NCBI GenBank assembly: GCA_964035575.1
Contig: OZ037841.1
Span: 868,001 to 932,000 of the forward strand
DNA length: 64,000 bases
Source: Rhynchopus sp. YZ270_cl-10
Lineage: Eukaryota
Direction of reading: 5' to 3'
Below, in pieces: positions 51,534-63,500 of the stretch (position 1 is the first letter of the stretch; each line of letters starts with the position of its first letter). The notes below the pieces were generated by a model that did not search any database, was not told the DNA's origin, and saw nothing but the letters and a program-made list of their open reading frames with translations. The position numbers and the translations under genes were made by a program.

Positions 51534-52834
51534 ACTGTACTGTACTGTACTGTACTGTACTGTACTGTACTGTACTGTACTGTACTGTACTGTACTGTAC
51601 TGTACTGTACTGTACTGTACTGTACTGTACTGTACTGTACTGTACTGTACTGTACTGTACTGTACTGTACTGTACTGTACTGTACTGTACTGTACTGTAC
51701 TGTACTGTACTGTACTGTACTGTACTGTACTGTACTGTACTGTACTGTACTGTACTGTACTGTACTGTACTGTACTGTACTGTACTGTACTGTACTGTAC
51801 TGTACTGTACTGTACTGTACTGTACTGTACTGTACTGTACTGTACTGTACTGTACTGTACTGTACTGTACTGTACTGTACTGTACTGTACTGTACTGTAC
51901 TGTACTGTACTGTACTGTACTGTACTGTACTGTACTGTACTGTACTGTACTGTACTGTACTGTACTGTACTGTACTGTACTGTACTGTACTGTACTGTAC
52001 TGTACTGTACTGTACTGTACTGTACTGTACTGTACTGTACTGTACTGTACTGTACTGTACTGTACTGTACTGTACTGTACTGTACTGTACTGTACTGTAC
52101 TGTACTGTACTGTACTGTACTGTACTGTACTGTACTGTACTGTACTGTACTGTACTGTACTGTACTGTACTGTACTGTACTGTACTGTACTGTACTGTAC
52201 TGTACTGTACTGTACTCCCAATCCCCTGTGTATACTGTGTATACTGTGTATACTGTGTATACTGTGTATACTGTGTATACTGTGTATACTGTGTATACTG
52301 TGTATACTGTGTATACTGTGTATACTGTGTATACTGTGTATACTGTGTATACTGTGTATACTGTGTATACTGTGTATACTGTGTATACTGTGTATACTGT
52401 GTATACTGTGTATACTGTGTATACTGTGTATACTGTGTATACTGTGTATACTGTGTATACTGTGTATACTGTGTATACTGTGTATACTGTGTATACTGTG
52501 TATACTGTGTATACTGTGTATACTGTGTATACTGTGTATACTGTGTATACTGTGTATACTGTGTATACTGTGTATACTGTGTATACTGTGTATACTGTGT
52601 ATACTGTGTATACTGTGTATACTGTGTATACTGTGTATACTGTGTATACTGTGTATACTGTGTATACTGTGTATACTGTGTATACTGTGTATACTGTGTA
52701 TACTGTGTATACTGTGTATACTGTGTATACTGTGTATACTGTGTATACTGTGTATACTGTGTATACTGTGTATACTGTGTATACTGTGTATACTGTGTAT
52801 ACTGTGTATACTGTGTATACTGTGTATACTGTGT
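51534..52834. repeat. Compound perfect satellite: (ACTGT)~136, spacer CCCAATCCCC, (TGTGTATAC)~67
   Basis: Directly visible, with no variant units seen. Confidence 0.98.
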
Positions 52835-53652
52835 ACTGTGCAGAAATTGACCAAAAACGAGAACTTGTCCATTTCGGCAAATTGACCCCACCACTGGCCG
52901 GACGAATTCCGGAAATGCAAATGCCGGCGTTTAAAAGTTTCACCAATCATGCACACCGTGCAACGTGTGTGTGTGTGTGTGTGTTTTTTCTTATTTTTTT
53001 TTTCCATGTTTTTTTTCCATGTTTTTTTCTTGCGCGCGCGCGCGGAAAATTTTTGGGCCCTCCGAGCACTAAACACAGACAAAAGTGAGCCTGCCCTTAG
53101 CAGCCGCAGGAAGTTTGTTAAAAAGAGTGCCTCACGCTACACAAACCACCACCCGCGATTGACTTAGATGTTATAACAAAGAGAATTCAGAACAAAACAA
53201 CACCCTGCCCCATACACACTAAATTGTCATGCTTCAAGAGCATGCCTGGGCCAAAATTACTGTTGACAAAAAAGGCAACAAGACCACCCACAAGGAGTGT
53301 GAAATGTGCACTGGTTTTCTGGGGGAACGCAATATTTTCTTGTGTCTAGTCCTCCGCAAGCAGAGGACAGACTTTCCGGAAGGTTTCCAAAGTCGAATTT
53401 CTTGCACTAGCTATGCTCCCTGGGTTAAATGGCAATAGCAGTGACTGACAAAATATTCCCACCCCCCAGGTCTTCGTCCACAAACCCAGAATAGATTGAT
53501 GTGGGTGAAGCCTTTCGGATTTTTGAGTTGTTGATAGAATGTCGAAGAGCGGCGAAACTTCTCATCGCAATCACGGATGCAGTTCAGATTTCACGATCCT
53601 GTGATGAGTGTAAATGTGGGGTGTGATTAAGTTATGGTGTATAAACGCAGTA

Positions 53653-53840
53653 CTGTAAAATCGTTTAATTTGTCACCTACAATTCTTCCGTCCCTAATAC
53701 AGAAAGTATCACTCAAGGCTGTACTTTAAAAAGTAGACACAAAAAATCGCCCAACGTAATGTGAGGGGGTGACAAAATTCATTTATGACTGATATTTCAA
53801 CTCGGTTAATTAGGGTGTGACAAATTAAACGATTTTCCAG
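53653..53840. mobile_element. Tc1/mariner-type MITE
   Basis: TIR ctgtaaaatcgtttaatttgtcac ... gtgacaaattaaacgattttccag, flanked by TA. Confidence 0.8.
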
Positions 53841-53870
53841 TATTAAAGATGAGGTTAATGAAGAAAGTGG

Positions 53871-54010
53871 TAATAACTATGCATTGCCGTGAAATAAGGT
53901 AGCCTTTTTTTCACGCCACAGCGGATTTCCTGCTGCACTAATGGTTCCCAAGCGAAGCGAGGGGACCATGTATAAGTATTTACCGAGCGAAGCGAGGTGA
54001 ATATTATGTG
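53871..54010. mobile_element. Short non-autonomous relative of the Crypton-like element end
   Basis: taataactatgcattgccgtgaaata matches 48343 aaataactatttattggcgtgaaatt; tttaccgagcgaa..gaatatt matches 48418-48445. Confidence 0.45.
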
Positions 54011-55298
54011 CAGCAGGTAACGAGCACGCCTGCAGAAGTTAAAAAACGGCTGCCTTATGACAAGCAATATGTAAGTTTATTCCGATTACACAAAGTAGGG
54101 GTAGTCTGCAAGCACCAGCCAAAAAAGAGTGAGATCGGTGATCAGGGAAAACAAACACCACCACACAACAACTTGACAACCACTAAAGGAATGAATCTAC
54201 ACTAGTGCCTGACAGTTAAACATATTTACATACCTTGTCTTCATCGTAACCTGCGCCTTCGCTGCTGTCAAGGTGCCTTCTCTGGGTACAGTGCCCAGTG
54301 TCCAGTACAGAAAAAAAAATTCGTCTAAAAAATCGAGTACGCAAAACCACATTTTAGACATTTTAGACCCCTACAGAGGCTCAAAAGTGCCAAATTTTGC
54401 TTTTATGGCCTCAAATCGTAAAAATTAGCTACTACAGTACACGGGGTATGACCGTATTTTGGCTGAAATTTTGACTTGAAAATTTTTTTCAACATTTGCC
54501 CAATCTGAGGTTTTCTTTGGATTTTTTGGGCCATTTTATGACCTACCACGGCCAGTTTTGGGCAAAAAAGTTATTTTTTCTTTGGTCAAAAATCGCCTTG
54601 TCTAACCACTGTTTCGTGTAGGATTGTTCAAATACGTGTATTTGGTGAAACCCCAGATGGTCAAAACACCCGAATTTTGCGTTTTTTTGCATTTTTCGGT
54701 GCCCCAAGACCCAACCCAGAGGCCAAATTTTTCCCGAAAAAAAAAATTTTTTTTTTGAGATTTTTCGATTTTTTGCTAAGGTGATGCCCATACAAAATGT
54801 ACAGGGTGCACACAAATAGCCGTGGAATAAATTCTAGATGCTCTAAACTGCTCGTAAGTGCCTTTATTTGCACTTTTAGCCCAGTTTTGAGGTCATATGG
54901 ACCCACCAAGGGCATTTTTGTGTTGTCAAAAAAAAAAAAAAACCTGGTCACAGTGGCCAAATACCTGGTCACTGACCAGGTATACCTGGTCAATACCTGG
55001 TCATTGACCAGGTATACCTGGTCATGACCAGGTGTACCTGGTCAATCTGACCAGGTCAAAACCTGGTCATATTACCTGGTCAACTGACCAGGTATCCTCT
55101 GACCAGCGCACGGTGGTGGTCTAAGTACAATTCCTGTAGGGAGTGTCAAAATGCGAAGGTATGTACGAATGTGTGTTCCTGTAGTGTAAACATCTGACGG
55201 TCCCCGGATCAAACGTGACAGGCACCAGCGGGACACCAAGGTAAAAAAAAAAACAACAAAAGAGATTCCGATTACACAAAAAAATACACTAAAGACAC

Positions 55299-55931
55299 CA
55301 AGGCTCTCGGGGGGGGTGATTTTGCCCAAAAATCCCCAAAAAAAAAAAATAACGGATTTTGGGGGGGGGTGATTTTTTTGGAAAATCACCCCCCAAAAAA
55401 AAAAAAAAAGTTTGGAAATCCGGATTTTTTTTTGGGGGGGTCTTTCTACTAGAGCTACGTTGTTCACACAGCAGTGAACAAAGTGACCGTCACAGCCAGA
55501 ACGCGACTCAATTGGTCAAGCGCCGAAGGAAAAAGGAAGCATGCAGCATGGCGAAAGAAAAAAGTAGCGTACCGTGCGCCTGCGGCGCAAGCTTACAACC
55601 ATCCTTCCCTTTGACATAGTTTGGCTGTAATAATGTGCAATTTTAAGCGCATTTTTTTGAAATGTTGCGTACCGTGGCTTCGCCAGAAACTTTCGTTTAG
55701 CAAAATATGGAAGTAAAATTCATGCAAACTGACGATAATTACCAACGACAGTGCCATTTTATGTCAACATTTTATAGAAATGTTGCGTACCGTGGCTTGC
55801 CCGGAACCTTTCGGGTGCCATGACCACTGTTTCTTTCCCACGTCCCTCCCTTTGCACATAGTGTGGGGAAATTTTTTTGACCCCAAATCACCCCCCTTTT
55901 TGGGTTTTGGGGGTGATCTCCGAGAGCCCTG
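55299..55931. mobile_element. hAT-type MITE with 8-bp TSD
   Basis: Ends caaggctctcgg ... ccgagagccctg; perfect TSD aaagacac; subterminal gggggtgat/atcaccccc repeats. Confidence 0.85.
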
Positions 55932-56062
55932 AAAGACACAAACCAAAAAAAAAAAATATATATATATATTATTCTCTCGGACTAGTACCTCAAACAGTTC
56001 TCTTTAGATTTTACAATAAATACTTGGTTACAAAATTCCCAATACTTCAGAGAATATTGTCT

Positions 56063-57006
56063 TTACCTTAGAGAATTTTGACTTTGCCTTAGAGAATTCC
56101 TGGTCAAGTTTCCTGAGAGGATCCCTGCAGAGGTGAGCTGACTCTGGGTCGAAACCGCGGTATATGCGTTCAGCATTTGCGGCCCCGTCCACCCCATGTG
56201 ACGGACGATGTGGCTCGAGGTGGCCCCACCGTCCGCCAAAGCTTGGGCCGCGCTTCTGCGCCAAGCGTGACCCGTGTATTTGTCTGGGTTGGGCAGTCCT
56301 AACCACGTGGCCATGTACTTGGGGGCTTGGTAGACTTGGTTGATCCCCAGAACCTTGGAGGTGATCACAAACTTGTGGAGGTCCCCGGTCAGCAAGAACT
56401 GCGACTCACGCGGGTGCGCGGCGGTGCGGTTGATGTACGTGATGACGTTTGAACCCCATGTTCTCGGGATGAGGAACTGGGCGCTGCGCTTGGAGGGGTC
56501 GCGTTGCTTAGCGTGCTCGTAGTTGACGCGGATGGCTCCATCGGGGAGGACGGTGACGCTGTTCATCTTCAAGTCCTTAGCCTCCTTGCTGCGCATCCCC
56601 CCGAAGAACATGAGGGTCGCGCAAGTGACCCTGACCAACATGTAGCCAGAAGTGCACTCCGCCGTGCAGAACGAACGCATTTGGTCCACAGTGAATGGAA
56701 GTGCCTTACGCGGTGCGTCTCCCTCGGATTTGAGCTTGTTCAGGTAGTGTTTCAAGTTTGGAGCTGTTTCTTGCAGCCTCTCGCCATACAGAATTTGGAA
56801 GTGCGTGTTCACTTTACTAAATAACACCCAGAGCGAGGCAGCACAGACCCACGGTCATACTCAGACTTGAAGTACTTGATCAACCTGATCTCGCTCGGCT
56901 TGCGCGTCCCGAGCGCCTCGTGCAGGTCCTCCCAAACCTTCTCGTACGAATCCGCAGATTTGCTGGGCAGCAGGTCGCGAACCGCCTCTTTTGGCAACTT
57001 CGGCAT
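56063..57006 (-). CDS. Tyrosine recombinase (~314 aa) with a single-base frameshift near 56849
   Basis: Full catalytic set: R (GGMRSKE), K (EHAKQ), HxxR (TGHAWRRS), H/W (RHMGW), Y (LNAYT). One extra G in GGG at 56848-56850 fuses ORFs 56809-57006 and 56063-56827. Confidence 0.85.
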
Positions 57007-57504
57007 TGTGTTTTGAAGTGTGTCTTTACGGAAAATATGATACTGTATGGGTACATGATATTATTTCACTATGAATTTATGAATATTACGTCACGGAACC
57101 GTCGACATTCCTCACACTTCCGTGAAGTTACACTCGCGTGAAAGAAAAAAGTGATTTTGTTAAAATTATTTCACGCTCCCTGTTTGAATAGCCTGAATAT
57201 TATTTTCACGCCAGTGAAGTTATTATATTCTTATTTTCACTCTCCCTACAGGAATTGTACGTGACCACCTCAAAAAGACGAATAAAAAAAAATATTCTCA
57301 TTCTCACCCAACCTCTCCCCACACACAACACACACACTCCCCACAAACCCAGGCAACCCCCCCTCCTGGGGAGGGGGTCCGCAAACTCCCATTTATTTTC
57401 TTCTTTTTTTTGCGGGAGACCAATAAAAACCCCCCTCACATACACACCCTTTCCCCCCCTCCTTTCCCTGCCTCGGGCAGATCTTTTTTTCTTGATTTTT
57501 CAAA

Positions 57505-60500
57505 ATGTCTTCTTTTAACAGTGGTTTGTTGTTCGTTGATAGTGAACCGCATTTGGAAGAACATAAATCCCAGGCAGATTTAAAGGCAGTGCTTCCCTGG
57601 GAAGAGGCGCAACGGGAGGAAAAGGATATCGGACAGTGGATTGTGGACATTACAGGCCACCACTTTGCGAACCAAAAGGAATACCTCCGAGAATGCGACG
57701 ATGGCGCCGTGCTTTGCGAGCTTCTCATGAAGATCGACGATAAATGTGTACTACGCTATCAAAAGAATGCGAAACGGTTTTGGGCGAAACGCGACAACGT
57801 ACTTCTCTTCCAACAAGCACTACAAGAACGCCTTGATGAGACTGCTGTGTTCGAAATCTCCGACCTCCTCGAGCAAGAAGGCACCCGGACAATCAACAAC
57901 CAAAAGGTTATTCTGGGCCTTGCCTCACTAGCCTTTTGGGCCTACGATATGTTCCGCGTCACCCTTCCGGGCATTCTCCGCGAACGCCAAGCAGCACGAG
58001 AGAAGATGCTGACTGACCAAGATATCGACACCGCATTCGAAGGCGTTGAAGGCCTCATACCACCTCAGGAGCCTCTACCCCTCGACCCTCCTGACGCTCC
58101 TAACGAGCCCGCCCTCCCTCGCCCAGCTGACAACCTCGGTCTTACCCTACGAGAAGTAAAGGAAGAATACCTCCGCCTCAAATACCAACCCGTAGAAGAC
58201 GACGAAATAGACTATGCCGTCGACGCCGCCCTCCGTCTCCAAGAAGAAAACGCCATAGAACCTCTAGACATCCAGTTAATCCGCATCAAGAAAGGGCAGT
58301 ACCTCATGCTCCCCCATAGGAAGCTGTTGTATATGACAACGCAAAGTGGGAAGTTGATGGTCCGTGTTGGGGGTGGGTGGATCGGCTTTGACCTCTGGTA
58401 TGAAAGACAGCAACGGAAGCTCGGGTATCGTCCCGCAATTCCTACTACAATTCGGGCGACCCAATTTGACCGGGATGTGTCAGAATTCGCAGTACAGCAG
58501 GAATGTCAGGCGCGAAGCAATTCTCGCAATTTCACTCCGCCAAGAGCACGCTCTCCTGGTCGAGCCTCCCGCGCCTCCACCCCGCCCGCCCGATCGCGAC
58601 GTGGAAATTCTTCCAACCGATTTTCATCTCCCGGCAACTCTGGGGCATATTTCCCTCCACTTCCGAACCGCTCCAAAACACCTTCCTCCTCGCATATGTC
58701 CCCAAGCAACCCTAAGACCAAATCGCCCACTGCAAGCTTTGTGTCGCCTAGATACGGGAAGACCAACTCATCCAACTTCGCTCCGCCGCAGCGGACACGG
58801 TCTCCAGGGTTGAGTGGGACACGGACGAGCTCTCCCCCTTCAAGGTTTCATCTGCCGCCGTCTGCGCCAGGTGCGTTTGCAAGCCAGCCACGGCATTCGT
58901 CTCGAAATCATCATCCGCCAGTAGGTGTAGGCCCCGGTGTCCGTGCAAAAAGCCCCTCAGCCTCCTCCTCCCGACCCAGGACAACATCCCCAGCAGCGAG
59001 GGTCGCCTCGCGTAGGTCCTGCGAAAGCTTTTCAAGTAGGAACAGCAGAGCGCGTGAGCCGCGGTCGCGGTCGCCCAAGTGGCAGAGTACGCGGGATACG
59101 CTGTCCCCGTCGCCGTCGCGTGCGCCAGTGTCGCCAGCGTTGATGAGCGTTACTAGCATGGAGCAGCTGTCGGTATGTGTTGGGTTTACAAAAAAGGGTG
59201 TGAGGCAATAGTTAACTTTTTTTTTAGAATACTTTGATTGGACATGGATGTCCAAAGTACTTGAAGTAGATCAAGTACTTGATCCCCCAAAAAAATCAGT
59301 ACTTGATACTTGAAGTACTTGACCCCCCCCTTTTTTTTTCTCGTACTTTTTTACTTTTTTTTACTTGATCAAGTACTTTTTTGCCAAAAAAAATATCAAG
59401 TACTTGATCAAGTAAAAAAAAAGTGGTACTTGATCAAGTACTTGACAAACTGTTTTTATTTTTCACACAAGAAAACAGAACAGGATACAGCACACGTTGC
59501 TATGGGGGAATGAAGGGGGGCATAAAACCAATGATAAAAACTAAACTCTTGATAAAATAATAAAAACTGACGCTCTTCTCTCAATCAAGTGATATGACTT
59601 CGCGCTCTGCCACGTTTGTAGGTGCCTTCTTCTTCGCTTTTGTGTCCGGAACGTTCCCTGGATACCCTCTTCTGATGAACTTGCTTTTGGGGAGTTGCTC
59701 TAGGAGGTCTCCGTTTGCTTTGTGAAACAAGAGTTCTGCGAGGCTCTGGTTATTCAATGCGCTGCGCTCGTCTGGGAAGAGGCTTTCTCCGATGCTCAAC
59801 ACGCTGTCCGTGAGCGTACAAGAAGGAGATACATACAAAATATCGAGTGCGAGAGTTGCAAGGTCGGTGTTTGGGTATCTGTTCCAGAAGTTCTCCAGCT
59901 TCCCCTCTGCTACCACTGAATTCGTCTCCTGCACGTACTCTGTCCAGCATGCTTCTCCTTCGGGAAGATCTTTGAACACAGGCAACACATCGCAAACCGC
60001 TTCGTATGACATCACAGCACCTTTTCTCCTCACAGCGCGCAACTGATTTGGATCGAGGAGACGGGCCACTGTGTAAAAGTCTCGCCCAGACTCAGGTTGC
60101 TTCCACCTCCGTTCGAACACCTCCCCCAGTTCCACGTTGACACCACCGAGCAACGTTGTGATTGCTGTTTGCACCTCGAAGAAAACCTTGTGAGCTTGCA
60201 GCACGAGAACCTGGTCTGAGTACTTTTGCAAGAGGGTGAATAAAGGGAGAACAGAGGCGATATACGCCTGTATGTCTGCCTCTGGTACTTGTGGAAGAAG
60301 TGTGGCGATTTCTTGCAGTGATCTCAGGTCAGGGTGCGATGCCAACTCGTCGGCAATGAACGACGGAAATAAATGCAGTCGCTGTTGCAGGTGCGAATAA
60401 AATTCAAAACGATGCAGATACTTGGTATCTGACCCGAGGGGCATTCGTAGAGGGGCGATGTGTTCACCAGCATTGCTCTGCCCGCTCCTCTCCTTGGACG

Positions 60501-63500
60501 TCTCTTCGAGCCTGGCCACGAAGTCTTCAGGTGACATCGTGGTTGCAGGCAACTGGAGTTTTGCTTGCTCCAGAAAATCTACCCTTTCAGTGAAACACGC
60601 CGCTGCATCGTCGAGCACCTCGTATACAGCGCATGCTGCCTCCTCAGGGTCATGGTACTTCACCTCGTCAAGTAGTTCTGTGGTCAGCTTCCGGAGCTTA
60701 TCTGTCTTCACAGAAGTAATGCTGGTTTCCTGCCAGTTCTTCCACCTCATGGCCCGCCCGTTCGACCCGTCTTTCTCCCCGAAAAAGGCCTTCTTCATTT
60801 CTCCGTGAAGGCGGATAAGGGGGTTCCCTACGGCCAGTAGGGACGCTTCATATTCCTCAATTATGTTTGAGAAAATATGAGCGAGGCACGACAAAAATGC
60901 CACCCCCCAACTGAGCGCTAACGTGCGGCTTGCGGCCCCATCGGCACCCCCACGATCCGATCTCAGCAGAAACGGCTTCGTTTCGATTCCTCCATTACAA
61001 AACAAGGCTTCTGTCATGGCCACAGCAAGCTCATTCCCCGTGAATGTGGTGCGTTGGACTAAGGGAAGAAGGCAAGCTCCCCATGTTCTATATTGTGCCA
61101 GCAAGATGTTGACTTGCCGACCAGCGAGCATTCCACCATCGTGGAACGCAGAGTAGTTTCTACCTGTGACAAAAGAGTGTGCGAGGGAAAATGCTTTTCT
61201 ATTTTATACCTGTCAGCTTCTTCTTTATGAGCTGCTTGTACTCATCTGTCAGGCCGTGTATGACGCTCGGCATCACTTTGCGCGATTCAGTGGTGCTTCT
61301 CACAGGAATCATGACTCCAGCCAGCGCGGCGAGCAGCACATCAATCTGGGAATACGTGACTCCCGAAACAAGGAGTGCCAGTGCGAGACGTCTCGACAGT
61401 GCCGGGTTCACTGAGTTTGGGGTGTCACGGTCTCTCCTGTCTGCGGCGGTGGTGTCCGTCTCTTCCAGCTTCTTCTTCTTCGCCACTGCGAGGTCGTGGC
61501 TTCCTGACTTCAGGAAGTGCTGGTCTAGGTCTTTTTTTTGGACATTTGGTCCAAACACGTGACCGCAGAACGTGCAGGTGGGGAAGGTCTGTTGGGGGTG
61601 GGGGAACGCCTTTTTCCACTTCCCGCTGTTGGTGTAGGTGGTCGGGATATCCCCGGCCTCCTTGAAGGACAGCTCCTCGCTGAAGGAGGTCTGGTAATCC
61701 TTCAGCCTGGAGGGGAGGTCCTTGAGGGTGGGCTCGTGAGGGGGGGTTGCTTGCGGGGTTGAGGCAGATTGGGAAGACTGCGTCGTCCCTATCTGCTTCA
61801 AGGAGTCGATGAGTGTAGAGGTAGCTTCCTTCTTCGACTTCTTGGTCGCAGCGGCTTCCTCCGCAGCTTTTTCTTTTGAAAAACCCTGCTGAATTTCTTC
61901 AGCGGTTTTATCAGCCATGAAGGCTGTCACCACCTTCTCTGTCACAGACAGGAGGTGCTCCTCCTTCTCTATGAAGGTGCGTGTTTTTGTTTTTTTTTTT
62001 TTGGGCTCCAGTTGTGCATCCTCCGTCTCCAGCTTCCGCTTCGACGCCTTCCTCTTCTCCCTCAGCGTCGCGTTCCACACAGCATCCCTCGCACTAACCA
62101 GCGGGCGGAACTCGTTCTTCAGCTCTTCTTCATCCTGATTTGCCGCGGACATGTTTTGTGATTTTTTCTCTGAGTGTGAGGATCAAATTAGAGTATAACT
62201 GCGTTTAAGAGACAAAAATAGCACTACAGGCTTTCCCAGAGTTCCCTCTGTACCCGCAAAAACACCCACACATTTTTTTTTGTCTGATCAAGTACTTGAT
62301 TTTTGCCAAGTACTTGATCAATTTTCAAGTACTTGACTGTGTGTTTTTTTTTTTTAGAGGAAAAAAAAAAGGGGCATCAAGTACTTGAAGTATCATAAAA
62401 ATCCCCAAAAAAGTACTTGAAGTACTTTGGACATCCATGATTGGAGGCTCCCTGGATTTCCAACACCCTTTTTTTCACATTTTTCAATCCATACACACAA
62501 ACACGGTAAAAACTTTTACAATTTCAAAAACTCTCCGGGGTTTTTAGGATATTAACAACACTTTCCAAACAACCTTACCCCCACAACCAACATTACCCCA
62601 CATGCACCCTCCACACCCCCCACCACAGCACGGCCGCTTCAACTCCCCTGGCCGATACGCCAACACTGGCGGTGCCAACGCCCCACGCGACCCCTGCAGC
62701 GAGGACGAGAAGCTACGCGACGACCCTACCGTCGCCAGCGCTGTCATCATCCCAAAGTCCTCAGGCATACGGGACTACACCATCCGCAGGGGCCGCAGAC
62801 GCAACTCCGTAGGCATCATCCAACGCCGTGCCCAGGATGAAGACTGGTACGCCACCTCCGCCATGCGCAACGAAGAGGACCGCCGCACCCACGCCCTCCC
62901 CGACTACCAACCCCCGAAACACTTCGACCCCTCCCGCACCAACCTCTTCCAAGGCACCAAATCCGTTGCCGCAAAGCAGCGCGACAAATTCACCCCACCC
63001 TCCCCAAAGACCCCCACCTTCCGTGCAGGAGGCAAGGTCCCCATAGACGACCGCTCCTACTTCGACAACTCTCCTTTTGAAAAGGAAAAGGAAAAGGAAA
63101 AGCCACGAAGCCCGACCCCAGAAGCAGGGTCGCCTTCTTCAGGGGCGAATCCGATGTCAGCTTTGGGGGGCTTCGGTGGAGGTGGGTCTGGGTTTGGGGG
63201 TGAGCCGAGTAGGTTTGGGCGTGGGGGTGGGGGTGGTGGTGGGTTCGATAGTTCTGTGAAGAGTGAACCGGCAGGAGGAGGAGGAGGAGGTGGTGGTGGT
63301 GTTGACTCAGATCCGCCAACCCTGACCGGAACCCGGATGCGTCTGACACAACTCCTCGGCGGTGTCGATTCACCCGACAGCGTGCCCGCAGCTGCCCCCG
63401 ACACACCAGAGGTGCAGGCAAGGGAGCCCTCCCCTCCCCTCCCAGAGCCCAACTCCCCAACAGCACACTCAGACTTCTCAGATGAATGCGTTGACGATTA

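Larger units (their letters stand above)
49512..53096. mobile_element. PIF/Harbinger-like non-autonomous element with cargo
   Basis: 34-bp TIR gggcaggctcacttttgyctgtgtttaktgctcg (2 mismatches) and a TTA TSD on both sides. Confidence 0.8.
48481..55115. mobile_element. Non-autonomous CAC..GTG DNA transposon, probable 2-bp TSD (GT)
   Basis: 20-bp perfect TIR caccgtgcgctggtcagagg; arrays of tgaccaggt..acctggtca; removing it with one GT copy restores the host inverted repeat. Confidence 0.85.
48343..57295 (-). mobile_element. Crypton-like tyrosine-recombinase transposon (~1.7 kb after removing nested insertions); ends approximate
   Basis: YR ORF, plus inverted repeat ttttattc..tttgaggt^ggtctaagtacaattcctgtagggag (48461-48480 joined to 55118-55143) versus ctccctacaggaattgtacgtgaccacctcaaa..gaataaaa (57242-57287). 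Confidence 0.7.

Noticed and set aside
52217..52226. Telomere-like spacer CCCAATCCCC
   Set aside because: A single imperfect unit with no telomeric array.
51459..53088. Long ORFs in several frames (YCTVL, QYSTV, HSI, YTV repeats)
   Set aside because: Artefacts of stop-free 5-mer and 9-mer satellites.
56866..56883. aagtacttgatcaa inside the recombinase CDS, matching the hAT subterminal palindrome
   Set aside because: Single occurrence encoding LIKYFK; probably coincidental.
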